A DNA stretch of 64,000 nt from an uncultured Candidatus Saccharibacteria bacterium. GTDB taxonomy: Bacteria > Patescibacteriota > UBA1384 > CAYGGE01. A program made the translations under genes and the position numbers. Each line of letters opens with the position of its first letter. Position 1 is the first letter of the stretch. The stretch lies in NCBI GenBank assembly GCA_964349485.1, contig CAYGGE010000001.1, positions 142,212 through 206,211 of the forward strand, read 5' to 3'. Positions 35,573 through 46,045 of this stretch are shown one piece after another. A model generated the notes under the pieces. It was not told the origin of the DNA, ran no database searches, and saw only the letters and a program-made list of their open reading frames with translations.

Positions 35573-36691
35573 TTGAAGATATTAATGATAGTCCCGTATT
35601 TTGCGGAGTCTGATCGCTGGATGATCTCCGGTCAGAAGACCGCCCATGCCCTTTCGAAAGAGCACCAAGTGACCGTCCTCACTACGGGGAGAGAGCCTGG
35701 CGTACGGCAGTTGGGCCCGAACCTCACCGTTCATCGATTGAAGGATATTTTTCTTCCTGATCCAATCAATTATTCACTTATTCCGGGACTATTTAAGGCC
35801 GTTCGGTCGATTGTCAAGTCGCAGAAACCCAATATCTGTCTGATAAATAAGCACATGTTTCAAACAGCTTGGACGGTTTGGACCGTGAAGCGCCTGGGTG
35901 TGCCGGTTTTGGTCCAGACTGACACATTCCCTGGAATTAGTTGGTTCCCCAGACGCAAGTTTGTCCGTCTAGTCATGTGGCTATACGCCCGCCTGATCGG
36001 TGTGCCAATACTACGGGCGGCCGATAAAGTGATCCTTCTCCATGAAGGTCTGGTAGCGACGGCTAAACAACTTGGTCTGAATTACCAAGTAATTCATAAC
36101 GGTATTGATCTCGATCATCTGGCTACGTTAAAGGCTCCACGCGATCTAGTTAAGCCGAAAGATGAGGTTTGGGTCGGCTATGTTGGCCGGCTTGAGTCGA
36201 TCAAAGGTTGGTACGATTTGGCGGCTGTTGCCAAAGAGCTTGCTGACCAGTATCCTAAAGTAAGGTGGTTATTCGTTGGTCAAAATAAAGTGGCGTCAAC
36301 TCGAATAAATGCCGAATTTAATCATCCAAATTTGATATTCTTAGGTCAGCGGACCGATGCGCTTGGTATCTATCAACTTCTCGATGTCTTTGTTTTACCC
36401 TCTTATTCTGAGGGCTTACCTAACGCCTTGATGGAAGCGATGGCCAGTGGCCGATGTTGCCTGTCGTCAGCTGTTGGTGGAGTAAAGTATCTGTTAAAAG
36501 ATGAGCAGTCCGGTTTGTTGTTCCAGCCGGGTAATCGTCAGCAATTGACTAAACAACTGAAGCGAGTTCTGTCTGACACTCAGTTACGCGCTAAGCTTGG
36601 CAGTCAGGCCAGAAAAACGATCGAACAGGACTATAATCTTAGTAAGACTACCGATCAACTTAATCAACTATTGGCGGAATATGTCTCTTAG
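35573..36691 (+). CDS. Glycosyltransferase family 1 (GT4)
   Basis: SEGLPNALMEAMASGRCCLSSAVGG motif. Probable TTG start with an AGAGGA RBS 6 nt upstream; the alternative ATG is at 35585. Confidence 0.8.
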   Translation: MKILMIVPYFAESDRWMISGQKTAHALSKEHQVTVLTTGREPGVRQLGPNLTVHRLKDIFLPDPINYSLIPGLFKAVRSIVKSQKPNICLINKHMFQTAWTVWTVKRLGVPVLVQTDTFPGISWFPRRKFVRLVMWLYARLIGVPILRAADKVILLHEGLVATAKQLGLNYQVIHNGIDLDHLATLKAPRDLVKPKDEVWVGYVGRLESIKGWYDLAAVAKELADQYPKVRWLFVGQNKVASTRINAEFNHPNLIFLGQRTDALGIYQLLDVFVLPSYSEGLPNALMEAMASGRCCLSSAVGGVKYLLKDEQSGLLFQPGNRQQLTKQLKRVLSDTQLRAKLGSQARKTIEQDYNLSKTTDQLNQLLAEYVS

Positions 36692-38873
36692 CATCGCAAC
36701 TATTACAAAGAGCTATAGACAACTCACTCTGCGATACCAGTGGTTAGCTTATTATCTTCTCTTCAGTCTACTGGCCGCAGGTCTCTTCGTTCTCAGCTTG
36801 AGGCTGGCTACCAATGGTTTTCCGTACCTTCTTCACTTGGTAGGCCTGGTAGTATTTTTTATTCCTGGGCTGACCATTACACTTGCGGTTGAGCAGTTAG
36901 TTGGTGCCCCGCAGTCCTTATTTCGACTATTTCTCTGGGGCTTTATTTGCTCTCTGACCTTCAATCCGACAGCCATTTTTATCCTCGGGCAACAGTTGGA
37001 TCGCCCGGCCATGACAAACGTGCTTTTTCTGTTTTCGATCTGGTGGCTCGCTGTTTTAGGCATCCTCACAATATTCTATATGATCAAAGCGAGTCCAACC
37101 GGTCTCACTTTTCCACGTTTCCCGACCTATTCTCGAAGCGTCTTATGGGTAATGCTGGTCAGTTTGGGTGTGTTAGCGATTCACTTTATCCTATATCCTT
37201 ATATTCCTGAGGTAGATGGTTATGCCAACATCTTATCGGTTGAACGACTTAATGATTTTCCCAAGGAACTGAACTCTGAACCAAGATTTCTCTACCTATT
37301 GCTTACCCAGATCCTCTCCGTACTTTCGGCGATTTCACCATACTGGCTGTATAAATTGGTTCTCCCGCTATTCAATCTAGTTCCCCTACTCGTCTTACTT
37401 CGGATAAGCCAACCAATTAAAATAGCTTGGCTACGTTGGCTATTAGTCCTATCCTTGTTTTCGGCTCCTGTTGTAGTAGAGGAGATGGTGATTACTCGTC
37501 CGCAGTCAATCTTCTTTCTGACTCTTCTACCAATTTGCTATCTTTTAGGAAAATACTCACTCGAGCGTCGTCCGGCAAGTAATATTTTCTGGCTGGTCAC
37601 TCTAGCCGCGGTGGTTGTCTTAGGTAGTGGTATCCACGGCATGTTCATCCTAGTCGCCAGCCTTATTCCATGTGCCATATTGGTCTATTACTGGCAAAGC
37701 ATTAAACGATCTCCACTCGATGCAGTCATCGTTGGCCTAGCGGTACTCATCGCTATCTATCCTTGGTTAGCTAAGCTTGATTTTCTTGGCTTTATCATGG
37801 GGACCGGTCAATTAGTCATCAATATCATCCGGGAATCACATTTTGAGTTTTGGTTTATCGACAACTATACAAATGTCGATGGTAATTCGATCGGTTGGCC
37901 TGGCTGGTCAAGTTTATACTACTACGGCTATAATACCGGACTGTTTTTACCTGTCGGTATAGGTGTAGCGCTTTGGCTAGCAGTTAGAGTGCGGAATATT
38001 TCGCCTAGACCTTGGGTTCTTTCTTGGCCAATCATTGGTGCCTTGCTAATCTTTTTTGCTGTAGCTGAGATATTCCCCCGTTTTGGATTTGCCTATTTAC
38101 CTGATCGTGCTTGGCTATTCATTAGTGCTTTGACGCCGATAGTTTTAATGTTCGTCTACCAGTTTATAGGCAGTGAACAGTTGACACGTCAGGTTCGTAT
38201 CCTACTGATCGGCAGTCTGGTGCTGTCGATCGTGGGTGGGTGGTTGACTACCTACTTAAAACAGGGTTGGGTTAACCGCAATGAATATAAGACACTGCCG
38301 TTTATCCAAAAGGAATTGCCTGAAAATTCGTTGATTCTTACTCAGTCAGGTAACAGAGTCTTGATTAAGTATTTTGCTCGGCGCTACTTCCTGGCTCCAC
38401 CAGGAGAAGTATTCTACGACACGGATATATCAAGTCTTGACACCTTTGTTCGTGATACGTTGTCGGAAGATCCGACACAGAAAATTGAGCAATCACCGGC
38501 CGATATCGAATCCAAGCGTCGGGATAGTCGACAGTCGATCAACGAGCTCCTCTCTAGTTTTTATGTCACTACGGATGCAAACTCAAGCCTTGAAGTGATT
38601 AAGCAATTAGAGGATCGACTTAAAGAATATAGCAAACTAGTAATCAAGGTTGATCAAAACGACGCTAACCAATCAGTAAAGATTGAGAAGGAGCGAGATT
38701 ATAAGACCCCAATCTATCTGCTTTACTCATTTAATCGCTTTAATGGGCTATATGGTATGCGCGATTGGTGGTTAAAGTCGAACTTTCAGGGTGCTAACCT
38801 CGATAAGTTTACCGAGAATTACCCCCTTATCTATGATCAAGATGGGGTGATGATCTGGGAGATTCGAAAGTAA
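36681..38873 (+). CDS. Large GT-C-fold-like membrane protein (YfhO/ArnT/PMT-like architecture), putative polyprenyl-P-sugar-dependent extracytoplasmic glycosyltransferase
   Basis: Start taken at ATG 36681 (MSLSIATIT), overlapping the preceding stop. About 13 or more TM helices plus a roughly 250-aa C-terminal soluble domain. No WWDYG oligosaccharyltransferase motif. Confidence 0.4.
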   Translation: MSLSIATITKSYRQLTLRYQWLAYYLLFSLLAAGLFVLSLRLATNGFPYLLHLVGLVVFFIPGLTITLAVEQLVGAPQSLFRLFLWGFICSLTFNPTAIFILGQQLDRPAMTNVLFLFSIWWLAVLGILTIFYMIKASPTGLTFPRFPTYSRSVLWVMLVSLGVLAIHFILYPYIPEVDGYANILSVERLNDFPKELNSEPRFLYLLLTQILSVLSAISPYWLYKLVLPLFNLVPLLVLLRISQPIKIAWLRWLLVLSLFSAPVVVEEMVITRPQSIFFLTLLPICYLLGKYSLERRPASNIFWLVTLAAVVVLGSGIHGMFILVASLIPCAILVYYWQSIKRSPLDAVIVGLAVLIAIYPWLAKLDFLGFIMGTGQLVINIIRESHFEFWFIDNYTNVDGNSIGWPGWSSLYYYGYNTGLFLPVGIGVALWLAVRVRNISPRPWVLSWPIIGALLIFFAVAEIFPRFGFAYLPDRAWLFISALTPIVLMFVYQFIGSEQLTRQVRILLIGSLVLSIVGGWLTTYLKQGWVNRNEYKTLPFIQKELPENSLILTQSGNRVLIKYFARRYFLAPPGEVFYDTDISSLDTFVRDTLSEDPTQKIEQSPADIESKRRDSRQSINELLSSFYVTTDANSSLEVIKQLEDRLKEYSKLVIKVDQNDANQSVKIEKERDYKTPIYLLYSFNRFNGLYGMRDWWLKSNFQGANLDKFTENYPLIYDQDGVMIWEIRK

Positions 38874-40762
38874 TGTGTGGGATTGCTGGTAAAGTCTATT
38901 TTAATGAACAAACTGTCGCAGAGTCTGATCTCGATGCGATGGGTGAGGCAATAAAACATCGTGGTCCAGATGATTCTGGGACTTATCTCTCCGCCAATAA
39001 ATCCGTCGGACTGGCTTTCCGTCGATTAGCCATTATCGATCTCTCGGCCAAAGGTCATCAACCGATGAGCTATAAAGATCGTTACTGGATTGTCTTTAAT
39101 GGGGAGATCTATAACTTTGAAACCGAACGCGAGGCGCTCATTAAACTCGGTCACCGGTTTAATTCCAAGACTGATACTGAAGTTATTTTGGCCCTCTACG
39201 ATCAATATAAGGAACGCTGTCTAGATCACTTACGAGGAATGTTCGCCTTTACCATCTACGACGAACAAGAACAGAAGCTCTTTTGTGCTCGGGATAGGGT
39301 TGGTAAGAAGCCGTTCAAGTTTTATTATAATGACCAAGTTTTTATGTTCGCCTCTGAATTGAAAGCCATTTTGACTCAACCTGACTACAAGAAGGAGATC
39401 GATTACACGGCGATTCATCATTATTTGACCTATCAATATGTCCCGGCCCCGCGAACTGGCTTCTTGGGAATTGAGAAGTTATTACCCGGTCATTATCTGA
39501 CTATTGATGTAAAGACAGGTACAGTCACTAAGAAACAGTATTGGCGGCTTGATTATCGAACCAAGCTTGAACTTGACGAAGCAACATGGCAGCGACGGAT
39601 TATGGAGAAGCTCGAAGAATCGGTCAGGTTGCGGATGATAGCCGATGTACCACTTGGTGCCTTCTTGTCCGGAGGGATAGATTCTAGTGCTGTGGTGGCA
39701 CTCATGAGTAGGCACAGTTCAACGCCGGTTAAGACCTTTTCAATCGGTTTCAATGAACGAAAGTATAGTGAGCTAAAATATGCCAAGCAAATTGCTGATC
39801 AGTTCAAAACTGATCATACCGAATTCATTGTCGAACCGAGCGCCGTTGAGGTCTTACCATTACTTGTTCAGCATTATGAAGAACCGTACGCTGACTCGAG
39901 TGCTCTGCCCAGTTATTATTTGAGCAAGCTGACCAGGGAACATGTCACCGTGGCGTTGAACGGTGACGGAGGGGATGAAAATTTTGCTGGCTATTCGCGT
40001 TACAGTGTCCAAAAATTTGCTCTGGCGTATGATCGGTTTCGCCTAGTTCACCGCTTAATTGGTAAACCGGCCGCCGCCGCCTTTTACGCCTTAGTACGCA
40101 ACACTTTCGCCGAACGTGCTAATCGTTTCGCAACGACCATGGCCAAGGATTATCCGGCTCGTTATGTAAACTACATCTGTTATTTTACGAATCAAGAGAA
40201 GGCCCGGCTTTATACTGACCAATTTGCAGCCAAAACCCACGACATCAATAGTGAGGATGTGGTGGCTCTGCAATTTGCCAGAGCGAAAACCCCGGACAAA
40301 CTTGATCAAACGCTTTACGCTGACTTTGCTAGTTATCTACCCGATGATTTGCTGGTTAAGATGGATATTGCCACTATGGCTGTCTCGCTTGAAGCTCGTT
40401 CACCGTTTCTGGATTACGAGTTACTCGAGCTGACCGCTAAATTGCCCGTTGATTTAAAGCTTAAGGGTCGGGATGATAAAAAGTATATACTCAAAGAAGC
40501 CCTTCGGGGAGTTATTCCTGATGATGTAATGTTCCGGCCGAAAATGGGTTTTGGCGTGCCGATTGAACAGTGGTTTAGAGGCGACCTTGATGCTTATATT
40601 CGATCGATCCTTCTCTCGAAACGTTTAACTGATCGTGGTCTATTTAAGCCTGAGGTGATTGAGCAGATTCTCAACCAACATCAACAGACTAAAGTTAACT
40701 ACGCCAGACAAATATGGGCGCTCTTAACCCTTGAACTGTGGTTTAGAGAATACTTTGATTAG
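38873..40762 (+). CDS. asnB: Asparagine synthetase B-type glutamine amidotransferase (WbpS-like, likely uronic-acid amidation in this context)
   Basis: MCGIAGKV (N-terminal Cys nucleophile) and SGGIDSS (PP-loop). 629 aa. Confidence 0.85.
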   Translation: MCGIAGKVYFNEQTVAESDLDAMGEAIKHRGPDDSGTYLSANKSVGLAFRRLAIIDLSAKGHQPMSYKDRYWIVFNGEIYNFETEREALIKLGHRFNSKTDTEVILALYDQYKERCLDHLRGMFAFTIYDEQEQKLFCARDRVGKKPFKFYYNDQVFMFASELKAILTQPDYKKEIDYTAIHHYLTYQYVPAPRTGFLGIEKLLPGHYLTIDVKTGTVTKKQYWRLDYRTKLELDEATWQRRIMEKLEESVRLRMIADVPLGAFLSGGIDSSAVVALMSRHSSTPVKTFSIGFNERKYSELKYAKQIADQFKTDHTEFIVEPSAVEVLPLLVQHYEEPYADSSALPSYYLSKLTREHVTVALNGDGGDENFAGYSRYSVQKFALAYDRFRLVHRLIGKPAAAAFYALVRNTFAERANRFATTMAKDYPARYVNYICYFTNQEKARLYTDQFAAKTHDINSEDVVALQFARAKTPDKLDQTLYADFASYLPDDLLVKMDIATMAVSLEARSPFLDYELLELTAKLPVDLKLKGRDDKKYILKEALRGVIPDDVMFRPKMGFGVPIEQWFRGDLDAYIRSILLSKRLTDRGLFKPEVIEQILNQHQQTKVNYARQIWALLTLELWFREYFD

Positions 40763-40765
40763 CCT

Positions 40766-41881
40766 ATGAACCCTAAAAGACGGATCGTCCACCTCATTAT
40801 CTCGTTAAATAGTGGTGGTTGTGAGAATATGCTGCTTCGAACCTTGCCGCATCTTACCACCGACTTTGTGATAACCGTGGTTACTCTTAAAGAGCCAGGT
40901 CAGCTGGCACAGTCTATGATCGGGCAGGGCATTGAAGTGGTCAATGTCAATTGGCAAGGCTTTTTTGATTTTGCTGGGCTTCGTAGGTTAAAATTGATTA
41001 TTCAAGAGCTGAAGCCAACCCTCATTATCACCTATCTCTTCCACGCTGACATGATTGGCCGACTTTACTTGCAATCACGACTGGCGGTGCCGATCATGCC
41101 ATTTTTGCGAACTACCCACAATTATCCTCGCTATTGGCCTGCTTTGGTTTTAGAGTGGCTGACCAAGGGAACCGTACGGCACTATCTGGCCTGCTCGGAG
41201 GCGGTGAAGCAATATTACCACCAGGTGATTGGCGTGCCAGAACGAAAGATTACGGTTATCCATAATGGAATTGACGCTGACCGATTTGAGACAGCTAATG
41301 GTCAAGTGGTGCTACAGGAGCTTCAGCTACCAAGCAAGCGCTTGGTCTTTACCTGCGTCGCTAACCTGGCTCGTAATAAGGGACACCGCTATCTTTTTGA
41401 GGCTTTTGAGTCGACATTTGCTGGGCATCCCGAAGCGATTCTGCTAGTTGTGGGTGCAGGTCGTCAGGAGTCTAATCTAAAAGCTCAAGTGAGCAAGTAT
41501 CAGTCACGTGATAATATATACTTTTTGGGTAGGCGTGATGATATACCGAAACTGCTGGCGATAACTGACATTTTTGTCTTACCTACTCTATTTGAGGGTA
41601 TGTCGAATGCCCTCTTAGAGGCACTGGCGGCTAAACTCGCAGTGATTACAACTGACATTCCTCAAAATAAGACTGTGATTACCGATGGTCAAACCGGATT
41701 ACTTGTACCAGTTCGAGATGCCAAAAAATTGGCGTCAGCGATGCTCGCTTTAGCTAACGATCCAAATCGGCGTAAAGATTTTAGTCAAAACGCCTCGAAG
41801 CTTGTCAGAACTGATTTTGATCTAGATACTATTGTTAAACAATGGAAAGAGGTACTTAATCGTTATGCCAAGAAGTCATGA
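40766..41881 (+). CDS. Glycosyltransferase family 1 (GT4)
   Basis: FEGMSNALLEALAAKLAVITTDI motif. Confidence 0.8.
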   Translation: MNPKRRIVHLIISLNSGGCENMLLRTLPHLTTDFVITVVTLKEPGQLAQSMIGQGIEVVNVNWQGFFDFAGLRRLKLIIQELKPTLIITYLFHADMIGRLYLQSRLAVPIMPFLRTTHNYPRYWPALVLEWLTKGTVRHYLACSEAVKQYYHQVIGVPERKITVIHNGIDADRFETANGQVVLQELQLPSKRLVFTCVANLARNKGHRYLFEAFESTFAGHPEAILLVVGAGRQESNLKAQVSKYQSRDNIYFLGRRDDIPKLLAITDIFVLPTLFEGMSNALLEALAAKLAVITTDIPQNKTVITDGQTGLLVPVRDAKKLASAMLALANDPNRRKDFSQNASKLVRTDFDLDTIVKQWKEVLNRYAKKS

Positions 41882-42713
41882 ATTATATGAGTCAGTCTAC
41901 CACCAACCTAACCGCTTCAGTTTTGGTAGAAACTGGCAGGATTATTTAAATTCACTTACTCCATCGCGAATCAAAGCCGCCGAAGCCTCACTTGTTGATT
42001 GGCTAGGTAGCGGACTAAAGGGGAAGACTTTTGTCGATATCGGCTGTGGGAGTGGACTGTTTTCGCTTGCCGCCTATCGCCTTGGGGCAAAGTCTGTGGT
42101 GAGTGTCGATGTTGATCAGTTCTCGCTCGATTGTGCCCGTGAACTTCGCCAACGTGAAGGAGCGCCAGCTCATTGGGAAGTGAGCGCCGGCTCAGCGCTC
42201 GACCCGAAATTTCTTAAGACCCTTGGTAAATTTGATATAGTTTACTCATGGGGTGTGCTACATCACACTGGAGACATGGACCAAGCCTTAACCAACGTCT
42301 CAAAACTAGTTGGCAAGGATGGTCAGTTATTTATCGCCCTATATAACGATAACCACCGAGTGCTTGAGGGCACATCAGCTTTCTGGCTACGGGCTAAGCA
42401 GTTCTACAATAGTGGAAGTAATTGGCGTAAAAGGGCCATCGAGGCAGTATATACTGTTTACTATATTATTGGCCTCGTCTTTAATGGTATCAACCCTGTT
42501 AACTACATCAAAAACTACGATAGTTTACGAGGAATGAGTTTCTTCATCGATATTCGAGACTGGCTCGGTGGTTTGCCCTATGAATATGCAACTACCCAAT
42601 CGATCATCGATTTTTTCGCCGCCCGGGGCTTTGACAGCCAGAAAGTTGTGAAGGCCAGAAGTATTGGCTGTAATGAATTTCTATTTAGAAGACATAGAGA
42701 TCATCATGAATAA
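41865..42713 (+). CDS. Class I SAM-dependent methyltransferase
   Basis: FVDIGCGSGLFSLAA (motif I). Start taken at ATG 41865 (MPRSHELY). Confidence 0.7.
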   Translation: MPRSHELYESVYHQPNRFSFGRNWQDYLNSLTPSRIKAAEASLVDWLGSGLKGKTFVDIGCGSGLFSLAAYRLGAKSVVSVDVDQFSLDCARELRQREGAPAHWEVSAGSALDPKFLKTLGKFDIVYSWGVLHHTGDMDQALTNVSKLVGKDGQLFIALYNDNHRVLEGTSAFWLRAKQFYNSGSNWRKRAIEAVYTVYYIIGLVFNGINPVNYIKNYDSLRGMSFFIDIRDWLGGLPYEYATTQSIIDFFAARGFDSQKVVKARSIGCNEFLFRRHRDHHE

Positions 42714-43503
42714 GCCTACAGTCAGTATCTTACTCTCAGTTTACAATGGGAGAGAAACGCTTGCTCGGTGTCTGCACTCAATCGAGCAGCAGACTTATCG
42801 ATCCTGGCAAATTATTGCTATCGATGACGCATCAGACGATGGTAGTCACTCGATTCTTAAAGAGTGGCAATTACGTCTGGGCCAAGATCGACTAGTAATT
42901 GTCACTAATCAGACCAATTTAGGACTAACCAAGTCATTGAACAATGGTCTCAAGGTTATCGATACACCGCTTACGGCCCGAATAGATGCAGATGACTGGT
43001 GGGACTCGGAAAAACTAACCAAACAAGTTGAATTCCTACGGTTACACATCGATTGCGGCGTCGTTGGATGTCAATATATAAACATCTATGGATCGAAGGA
43101 ACTTAGAAGTAAACTGCCGGTTGATGACCGAGCGATTAGAGCCCGTATCTTCATGGGTAATCCATTTGCTCATAGCTGTGTGCTATTTCGGACCGATCTA
43201 GTCAAGAAACTTGGTGGTTACGATGAGACGATCCGTTATGGCCAGGATTATGATTTATGGCTAAGGGCCTATGGTGTGACCCAGTTCCACAATTTACCAG
43301 AGTATCTCTGCTTTCGGTCAGTCGAAAGCGGGATATCGGTTGATAATCAGAGTCGACAGATGCGTCAAGGCATGAAGACCCAATTGAAATACCTCAAGCG
43401 GTACCATCGACCGTTGCATCAATACCTCTCCTTGATCAGTCTGTGGATTATTAGCTTGGCTCCTCGTTGGGTATCGAAACTACGTCGGCAATTATCGAGG
43501 TAA
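42706..43503 (+). CDS. Glycosyltransferase family 2
   Basis: MNKPTVSILLSVYNGRETL, IDDASDDGS and DADDWWD (DxD). Start at ATG 42706. Confidence 0.8.
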   Translation: MNKPTVSILLSVYNGRETLARCLHSIEQQTYRSWQIIAIDDASDDGSHSILKEWQLRLGQDRLVIVTNQTNLGLTKSLNNGLKVIDTPLTARIDADDWWDSEKLTKQVEFLRLHIDCGVVGCQYINIYGSKELRSKLPVDDRAIRARIFMGNPFAHSCVLFRTDLVKKLGGYDETIRYGQDYDLWLRAYGVTQFHNLPEYLCFRSVESGISVDNQSRQMRQGMKTQLKYLKRYHRPLHQYLSLISLWIISLAPRWVSKLRRQLSR

Positions 43504-43508
43504 AAATA

Positions 43509-45047
43509 ATGTCATTGCTATCGATTAAACTACCGCAATTATTCCGGCCTTACAGCCTCTTCTTTTTGGCAGTTTGTGTCCGGCTACTCTACCTCAACTA
43601 CTTTGGGGCCCCAGAAGGAGTTGACTCAGGTTTTTATCAGGAGAATGCAACAATCCTTATTAACGCTGGATATAATCCGTTAGCATTATTGGCCTATAAA
43701 GTCCCACCTTACTATTGGCTATATTCAATGGTGATAGCTCTCCTAGCTAATAATCTGTACGCAGTCATTGGTTTACAGATTTTTTTAGCGGGTCTATCAA
43801 GCGTCCTAGTATATAGTATAGCCAAATCTGTTTTCAGTGAAAATGCAGGTATCTTGAGTGGTCTGTTTTACGTCTTCCTCTTCGAACTGTTCCAATGGGA
43901 TACGTATATTCTTACTGACTCGTTATTCGTATTCATCTTAGTACTTGCGACCTATGTGGTGGTGAGGCGTGAAGATTGGAAACGGTTGAATTGGCTTATC
44001 TTGCTTAGTTTGCTTTTACTCGCGATTATTATGCTTCGCCCGACAGCGTTCCCTTTTCTGGCCGCCCTGGCGCTGTTTTGGCTCTCCCAGGTTACACCAA
44101 GTAAACGGCGCATCATTGTCTCTTTTCTCCTCATCGTTCTCGGGATGGTTGGCCTTGGTGCATATGCTATGGGCTTGTTCAGCCAAGGTGAAGGACTGAA
44201 TATCGCTCACTATTTACGCTATTATATTGATAATTTTCGCCAAGGAATCGTGATTCGAGATCGATTGGCCTATAGTCTACCGGTCCAGTGGGATCCGGGA
44301 TTGACTGTATCGAACTTAGTCCTAGCCATCTCCATTTTCATCCACCGTATAGCAGCATTCTGGTTCATTACGGTCAAGGAATTCTCACTTTGGCATAAGG
44401 TATTTAATCTATTTACCCTGACCCCCCTCTTTTTATTCGCTTTAGTCGGCTATTTTCGTAAGAAGCGAGAGGTGATCAGGCCAGCCTACATTACCTTATT
44501 CAGATACTTGATCGGAGTCTTTGTTCTTTTCCAGGCGATGACCGAAGTCGATTATGATTTTCGCTATCGGGTGCCAGTGCTACCATTTGTCATACTGTTT
44601 GCAGGTTATGGCCTGACGATTATCAAGCCGACGAAACTATTCCCCAGAGCTAGACTATTCGAGCTAGTTCGTTACATAAGTGTTGGTTCACTTCTTGCAT
44701 TGACCGATTTTGTGCTATTTGGTGTGCTAAACTATTTGCATGTCAATATATACTTAGCCGCTCTATTGGATTTTGTGGTAGGGATGATCATTGGCTACCT
44801 CTTGCATAGTCGCTTTACGTTTAGATATGACACCACTGGCAAGCAGATACAAAAATTTTCCCAGCTCATTGTCGTGGGTCTCGGTGGACTTATTATCACT
44901 TGGCTGATACTCTATTGGGTAGCTGATGGAATGGGCATACATCCTGCGTTAGCCAAGTTTATTGCCATGTGTCTGTCCTTCATCTGGGCCTATTCCATGA
45001 ATCGTTGGTGGGTATTTCGCCGGTCATCAGACAGCCCAATTGTTTGA
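43509..45047 (+). CDS. Fusion membrane protein: N-terminal ArnT/PMT-like (GT-C-type) polytopic domain plus C-terminal GtrA-like domain
   Basis: Start at ATG 43509 (MSLLSIKLPQ). C-terminal RYISVGSLLALTDFVLFGVLNYL...CLSFIWAYSMNRWWVF is characteristic of GtrA-family small flippase-like proteins. Confidence 0.55.
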   Translation: MSLLSIKLPQLFRPYSLFFLAVCVRLLYLNYFGAPEGVDSGFYQENATILINAGYNPLALLAYKVPPYYWLYSMVIALLANNLYAVIGLQIFLAGLSSVLVYSIAKSVFSENAGILSGLFYVFLFELFQWDTYILTDSLFVFILVLATYVVVRREDWKRLNWLILLSLLLLAIIMLRPTAFPFLAALALFWLSQVTPSKRRIIVSFLLIVLGMVGLGAYAMGLFSQGEGLNIAHYLRYYIDNFRQGIVIRDRLAYSLPVQWDPGLTVSNLVLAISIFIHRIAAFWFITVKEFSLWHKVFNLFTLTPLFLFALVGYFRKKREVIRPAYITLFRYLIGVFVLFQAMTEVDYDFRYRVPVLPFVILFAGYGLTIIKPTKLFPRARLFELVRYISVGSLLALTDFVLFGVLNYLHVNIYLAALLDFVVGMIIGYLLHSRFTFRYDTTGKQIQKFSQLIVVGLGGLIITWLILYWVADGMGIHPALAKFIAMCLSFIWAYSMNRWWVFRRSSDSPIV

Positions 45048-45055
45048 AAGGAACA

Positions 45056-46045
45056 ATGAAAGTAATCATACCTTTTACTATCCATGGTGTCGGTGGGACG
45101 TCAACTTTTGCTACAAAGTTTTCGGATGCACTGCGACACGTCAATATCAAGGTTACCAACCGGTTTGCTTTCGATGCTGACTGTCTCTTTATCATAGTTG
45201 ACTGTGCTTTGTGGTTGGCGTTTTTGGCGAAGATTTCAGGTATCAGAGTTGTTCAACGTCTCGATGGCGTCTATCATCCAGCGACTCCGTACGGAGCCTG
45301 GTATTGGTTATACAATATCAAGATGAAGATAATTCATAACTACCTGGCCGATTTTGTGGTTTATCAAAGTGAATTTAGTGCGCAATCCTGCCGTAAGTTT
45401 CTTGGTGTTCCTCACAAGCAGTCGACGCTTATCTATAACGGTGTGGCGATTCCCTCACCTGTTGCCTCAAAGCGACGAACGGACACGATTAAGCCAATCC
45501 GGTTAGTGACTTTTGCAAAATTTCGTCGTCAGGACCAGATAGAGCCGATTATTCGGGCCGTGGCGTTACTCGATCCAAGGGAATATACTTTAGACATATA
45601 CGGTAGCTATACTCAGTCACTCGAACAGCTTTTTACCACATTACCGTCTCATATAAGTGCTAAAGGCGAGCTGCCTAACCGGAAGCTGTTAGCTAGGCTT
45701 CACGATTACGATATGTTCCTGTTTGCCGATCAGTCGGCCTGCCCCAACGCGGTGATCGAGGCCTTGGCGGCCGGCTTGCCGGTCGTCGGCTATGATCGGG
45801 GGAGTATTAGTGAGTTAGTTAGCAATGGCCGAAGTGGCGAGATCGTTCGTCTCAAGCATCACGATCCGTTTGTTACATCATATCCATACACCGAGGATGA
45901 CTATCAGTTGATGAGTCAAGCGATAGAGAAAGTGAGAAAAAAACTTGAAACGTATCGCCGTGAGGCCAGACAGAGCGCAGTTGAGCACTTTGACATTGAG
46001 CCCATGATGAATCAATATCTCAAGGTTATCAGCGACCATGCATAA
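45056..46045 (+). CDS. Glycosyltransferase family 1-like (GT-B)
   Basis: Start at ATG 45056 (MKVIIPFTIHG). C-terminal CPNAVIEALAAGLPVVGYDRGSISELV. Confidence 0.65.
   Translation: MKVIIPFTIHGVGGTSTFATKFSDALRHVNIKVTNRFAFDADCLFIIVDCALWLAFLAKISGIRVVQRLDGVYHPATPYGAWYWLYNIKMKIIHNYLADFVVYQSEFSAQSCRKFLGVPHKQSTLIYNGVAIPSPVASKRRTDTIKPIRLVTFAKFRRQDQIEPIIRAVALLDPREYTLDIYGSYTQSLEQLFTTLPSHISAKGELPNRKLLARLHDYDMFLFADQSACPNAVIEALAAGLPVVGYDRGSISELVSNGRSGEIVRLKHHDPFVTSYPYTEDDYQLMSQAIEKVRKKLETYRREARQSAVEHFDIEPMMNQYLKVISDHA

Noticed and set aside
36681-38873. Oligosaccharyltransferase (PglB/AglB/STT3) identity for the 730-aa GT-C-like protein
   Set aside because: No WWDYG motif is present (only an unrelated RDWW). 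The architecture fits the YfhO/ArnT-type GT-C better, so it is reported only as GT-C-like.
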